DNA from: Blastocladiella emersonii ATCC 22665
Taxonomy: Eukaryota > Fungi > Blastocladiomycota
Length of the DNA: 64,000 nt
Assembly (NCBI GenBank): GCA_025594325.1
Contig: JANHCV010000014.1
Location: 434,001-498,000 of the forward strand
Direction of reading: 5' to 3'
How positions within the stretch are numbered: position 1 is the stretch's first letter; each line of letters starts with the position of its first letter. This document shows, one piece after another, positions 62,264-64,000 of this stretch. The notes below the pieces were generated by a model, which did no database searches, was not told where the DNA came from, and saw only the letters and a program-made list of their open reading frames with translations. Position numbers and translations under genes: made by a program.

Positions 62264-64000
62264 ATGAATCAAATGAAAGACTTGATGCAATCACTCGAAG
62301 ACTCCTTGGACGAGCATGGCCTGCGGTCCCTACCCGCGGAACTGGCGTGCGCTGTGCTTCAGCTCGCCGAACCGCGTGCCGCCGTGGCTGCCGCGTCAGC
62401 TTACTTTCGCGACCTTGCACTCGACAATCGCGTTCGCTTTTCTTGGTCATTTTTGATTGCACAGCGGCTTAGCGCAACAGCCGTTCGCGAGACCCCAGCG
62501 CCTCGCGACCCTATAACTCGGTTGCTGTTGATTGACCTCTCGCCGCCGTGGTTGGAAGAAGAATGTTTCGTTTACGAGGATTTATACTTACGTTCCCCAG
62601 CGCCCACTGCCGTGCTCGTCAACCTGGCGTCCCTTTTCATTCGCCGAATCCGGGCGAGCTGCATCGACTCCAACTCGCTGCGCCGTCTCCTGGAGGCGTC
62701 CTTTGCCGAGCCGCACGGGTCAATCTTGGCTATCCCGCTTGCCTCGCTTGTCCGGCTTGTGGCTGCTGCGGCCGTGCAGGGCTGGAACGAGACTTTGACG
62801 CAAGTCCTCGAGCTCTTGCTTACCCAAGCCCCGTCGCTGCTCGACATTGGGCTCAAGCTTACCGAGTGGGCTTCGCTTGTCAAGGACTCGTATGCGACCG
62901 AATACCACGCCGACGATTTTGACATGCCCGCTGAACCGCTGCGAATGGCCGATGCGCTCACGTACCTTTCCGTCCTGGCTTGGGAACACAAAAACTTTGA
63001 ACTTCTGATTCTCAATCCTCGGTACGGTGTGAACAAGGCAACCGTTGCATCCTTGCTTGCCACCGAGGGACCTGCAATCTTTGCCCTTCACGCGGCGACG
63101 CCCGAAGGTGTGACTCTCCAATATTTCGAGCGCTACGAAAGCATCTACTTTTGGATTTTCAAGTACATCCCCGAGCTACCGGCAAATGTGCTCCGATTCT
63201 ACGTTCATACGGCTGTCGCGATTGGCCACCCGATTTTTGTCATGCTTCTCGAGTGGTTCCCGGAGCAAACGCTTTCTGCACTTGTACACAATCCCGAGCT
63301 CGAGGACATCCCGATTTGGCGGCTGCCGCCCCATCCCCAGGACGTACTTGACAATGCTATTACGCTTGGCGTTTACATTATGCGTTGGTTTGAACGAGAC
63401 CTTTCTGTACGCGACCTCGGGCTGCTTGGGACGCATGGGTTTATCCATTCCAGTCGATTCTGCCAGATGGTTGCCATCGCCATCGCCCGCGGAGAGTTCG
63501 GCTACGTGCAATCGCTCTGCGATATCTGCACCGTCGAGCAGTGGCAGGAGGTTCTTCTGAGTGGTGCGTTGCGCTCACCCTTTTTTTCCGCTGCGAGTAA
63601 CGGTATTTACTGACACGTTCGTCACCCGGCCGCAGGGTTTTGCGTATTCAAATGCGTCCGCCGAGCCCGCAGCGTCATCTGCCAGGCCGTGCTTCGATAC
63701 GCGCTCGTCCCAGGCCCTAACAGCAACACCAAGGGCCAGTTGACGCTCGCTGACTTTGTCACGGCCTTTCGCTCCTATTCGGCCGAGCGTTTGGAACCAA
63801 TCGTGCCGCTTTCGGAGTTTCTTTTCGAGGGCGGTGACTCTCTTACACTGCCCGTGGAACTCCTCCAATTGCTGGTCTCACCTGCTCCCCCGCCATCTTA
63901 CAATGAAGAGCTGATCTGGTCGACTTGCGCGATTATTTCACAGCTACTTGCATCCGGCGCCTTGCAGTTTACGACGAGCAACCATCTCCATCACCTCATT
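62264..64000 (+). CDS. F-box-like accessory protein, paralog of the 24881 gene; runs off the window end
   Basis: LRSLPAELACAVLQLAEPR. Intron 63564-63635 (GTGCGT..TACTGAC..GCAG) continues into SVICQAVLRYAL...LTLADF..., homologous to the paralog's second exon. Confidence 0.8.

Overview
Eukaryotic, GC-rich fungal genomic DNA. Short (about 55-85 nt) GT..AG introns, a class C GPCR and high-GC3 codon usage suggest a zoosporic fungus, probably Blastocladiomycota (inference). Intact conserved genes: insulysin/IDE, a secreted Cys-module mucin, NAP1, uridine phosphorylase, an ANKRD11/Hos4-like ankyrin protein, tRNA-Trp, a class C GPCR, a SIKE/FGFR1OP2-like STRIPAK subunit, PRM1 and RQC2/NEMF. These alternate with lower-GC accessory islands (about 9.7-27.8, 39-44.3, 49.2-51.8 and 60-64 kb) rich in decaying genes. 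The islands hold an inverted pair of DUF4470 paralogs bracketing an intron-bearing acetyl-CoA carboxylase pseudogene flanked by ~60-bp direct repeats, five F-box-like genes and a frameshifted MATE transporter. Top leads: (1) a metacaspase-fold protein with both catalytic residues replaced, 0 Lys and 1 Arg in 274 aa, and a C-terminal GGCC (candidate cleavage-resistant decoy); (2) a fixed-spacing composite promoter element, ACGCGT-N18-CACGTG, upstream of several accessory genes; (3) the direct-repeat-bounded ACC cassette; (4) head-to-head SIKE-like and PRM1 cell-fusion genes near a GPCR with a PH-like tail. Domain calls come from motif recognition, not database searches.
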